DNA of 63,830 nt, the filler included, from Hyphochytrium catenoides (lineage: Eukaryota > Protista > Hyphochytriomycota): the NCBI GenBank assembly GCA_900088475.1. It is 6 parts of 6 records of this genome, joined end to end, with 100 filler letters (N's around TTAATTAATTAA, not from the genome) between each part and the next. Parts side by side here need not be neighbours in the genome. Positions count along the whole stretch, not along the records: positions 62,458 to 63,830 come from FLMG01004682.1; 5 more parts are not named here. The stretch is one strand, 5' to 3'. How positions within the stretch are numbered: the first letter of the stretch is position 1; every line of letters begins with the position of its first letter. Shown one piece after another: positions 62,585 to 63,830 of the stretch. The notes under the pieces are model-generated. The model made no database searches and had not been told where the DNA came from. It was given only the letters and a program-made list of their open reading frames with translations. The position numbers and the translations under genes are program-made.

Positions 62585-63830
62585 TGTCCAGTTTGGTCTA
62601 CAATTGGTTGGAAGGCAGGATGGTCTTCCGCGCTCCTGCTTAGGGGTGCTATGTTCTCTTTCTTCCTCTTCATGTTCTTCTCTCTCTTTTGACTCTCTCT
62701 CTCTTTCTCTTCTGGCTTTTTCCTTACCCAGGCCCAAGAGACCATTAGCAATGTGCAGAGAGGGCGCTCTTCCTGCTGCTAGAAAGAGAGAGATAGCCGC
62801 CTAAGGTTTGAAAGACTAAACGTCTTGAGAGCCAACCAATATTTATTGAGGTAGGTCCAGAAGCAGGTCCACTCTCCTCTTTGTCTCTCCCCTCTCTGTC
62901 TCTGTCTCTCTCTCTCTTCTCCCTCCCCTCTCTGTCTCTCTCTCTGTCTCTGTGTCTCCCTCTTTCCCCTCTCTCTTTTCCTCTTTCTCATTCTCTTTTG
63001 TTCTTTCTCTCTCTCCCGGGTCTTCATTTTCTTCTCCCTGCCGCATTCAAGCGGCTCTTTCTCTCTTTCTTCTCTTTCATAGAGCAGGACCCAAGCATGC
63101 CGCTCCCCTGCAGGCCGTTGGTCCAACGTTCGCTACATCTTCTCTCTTTCCCTTTCCTCTCTTGTCTTTAAAGACTCTTTCCTGGTCTAGAACTACAGAG
63201 AGAGGGAGAGGCTTGGAGAAAGGAGAGTAAGATGTCCTACAAGGATGGTGACACTGCCTCAAAGGAGAAAGAGTGCCTTCTGCTGCTCTTCGCCGTCCAG
63301 TGTCATCTTTTCCCTTCTCTTCTTCCAAGTCTCTCTCTCTCTCTCTCCCCTCCCTCTCTCTGTCTCTCTGTCTCCCTGTCTCTCTGTCTCTCTCTCTTTC
63401 TTCTCTCTTTCTTCTCTCTTTCTTCTCTCTTTCTTCTCTCTTTCTTCTCTCTTTCTTCTCTCTTNNNNNNNNNNNNNNNNNNNNNNNNNNNNNNATATAG
63501 TGCCTCATACCAGGGCAACCTTCTTTGCAGGCCAGTTTCTCTCTTTCTCTCCCCTGGCCGAAGTAGCGCCGGCTCCACAGGAAGGAAACACTTTCTATTG
63601 TCTCTCAGGAGCTGCAAGAGAAGCTGCAGGAGAGAGAGAGAGAGTACCTTCTTCCTCCTCTTCTTTCTATAAGTGAGGACCGCGGGATAAAATGCTGCTC
63701 CTTGGGCTTGAGGCAGAAGTCAAAGGGAGAGAGAGAGAAGAAGAGGAGAGACGCCTGACGGCTCTGCGCCAGAGGAACACTTCTTACAGAGATTCCACGC
63801 GTTACCCGGGAGACCAAACGTCTTTCCTCG

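Overview
Eukaryotic (protist-like) genomic DNA in the standard code, with GT-AG introns and very abundant (CT/GA)n microsatellites. The window is not contiguous. Five 100-bp linkers (N44-TTAATTAATTAA-N44) join six scaffolds. Scaffold A (1-23693) is gene-sparse and full of degenerate relics. It carries four intronless genes: two paralogous type-I membrane proteins sharing an unrecognised 8-Cys ectodomain, a bacterial-like F420-dependent NADP oxidoreductase, and a MEDS-PAS hybrid histidine kinase. Scaffold B (23794-46084) is gene-dense and intron-rich. It holds a gypsy RT fragment, a myotubularin, mitochondrial uS15, RibB with a degenerate GTP cyclohydrolase II tail, PIG-W/GWT1, a possible PRAS40/Lobe-like gene and an FDXACB1/BMT5-like gene. 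The most striking item is an 8-exon gene (29125-32909, minus strand, 661 aa by my exon model) fusing a NifS/selenocysteine-lyase-like PLP enzyme to an AlaX tRNA-editing domain. The junction lies inside a single exon. The later scaffolds hold a truncated PH-domain gene, a cytosolic carboxypeptidase (tubulin deglutamylase family), a probable AP-3 beta first exon, a frameshifted copia gag, and a C-x4-C-x9-C-x2-H repeat protein. All family assignments come from motif recognition by eye; no searches were run.
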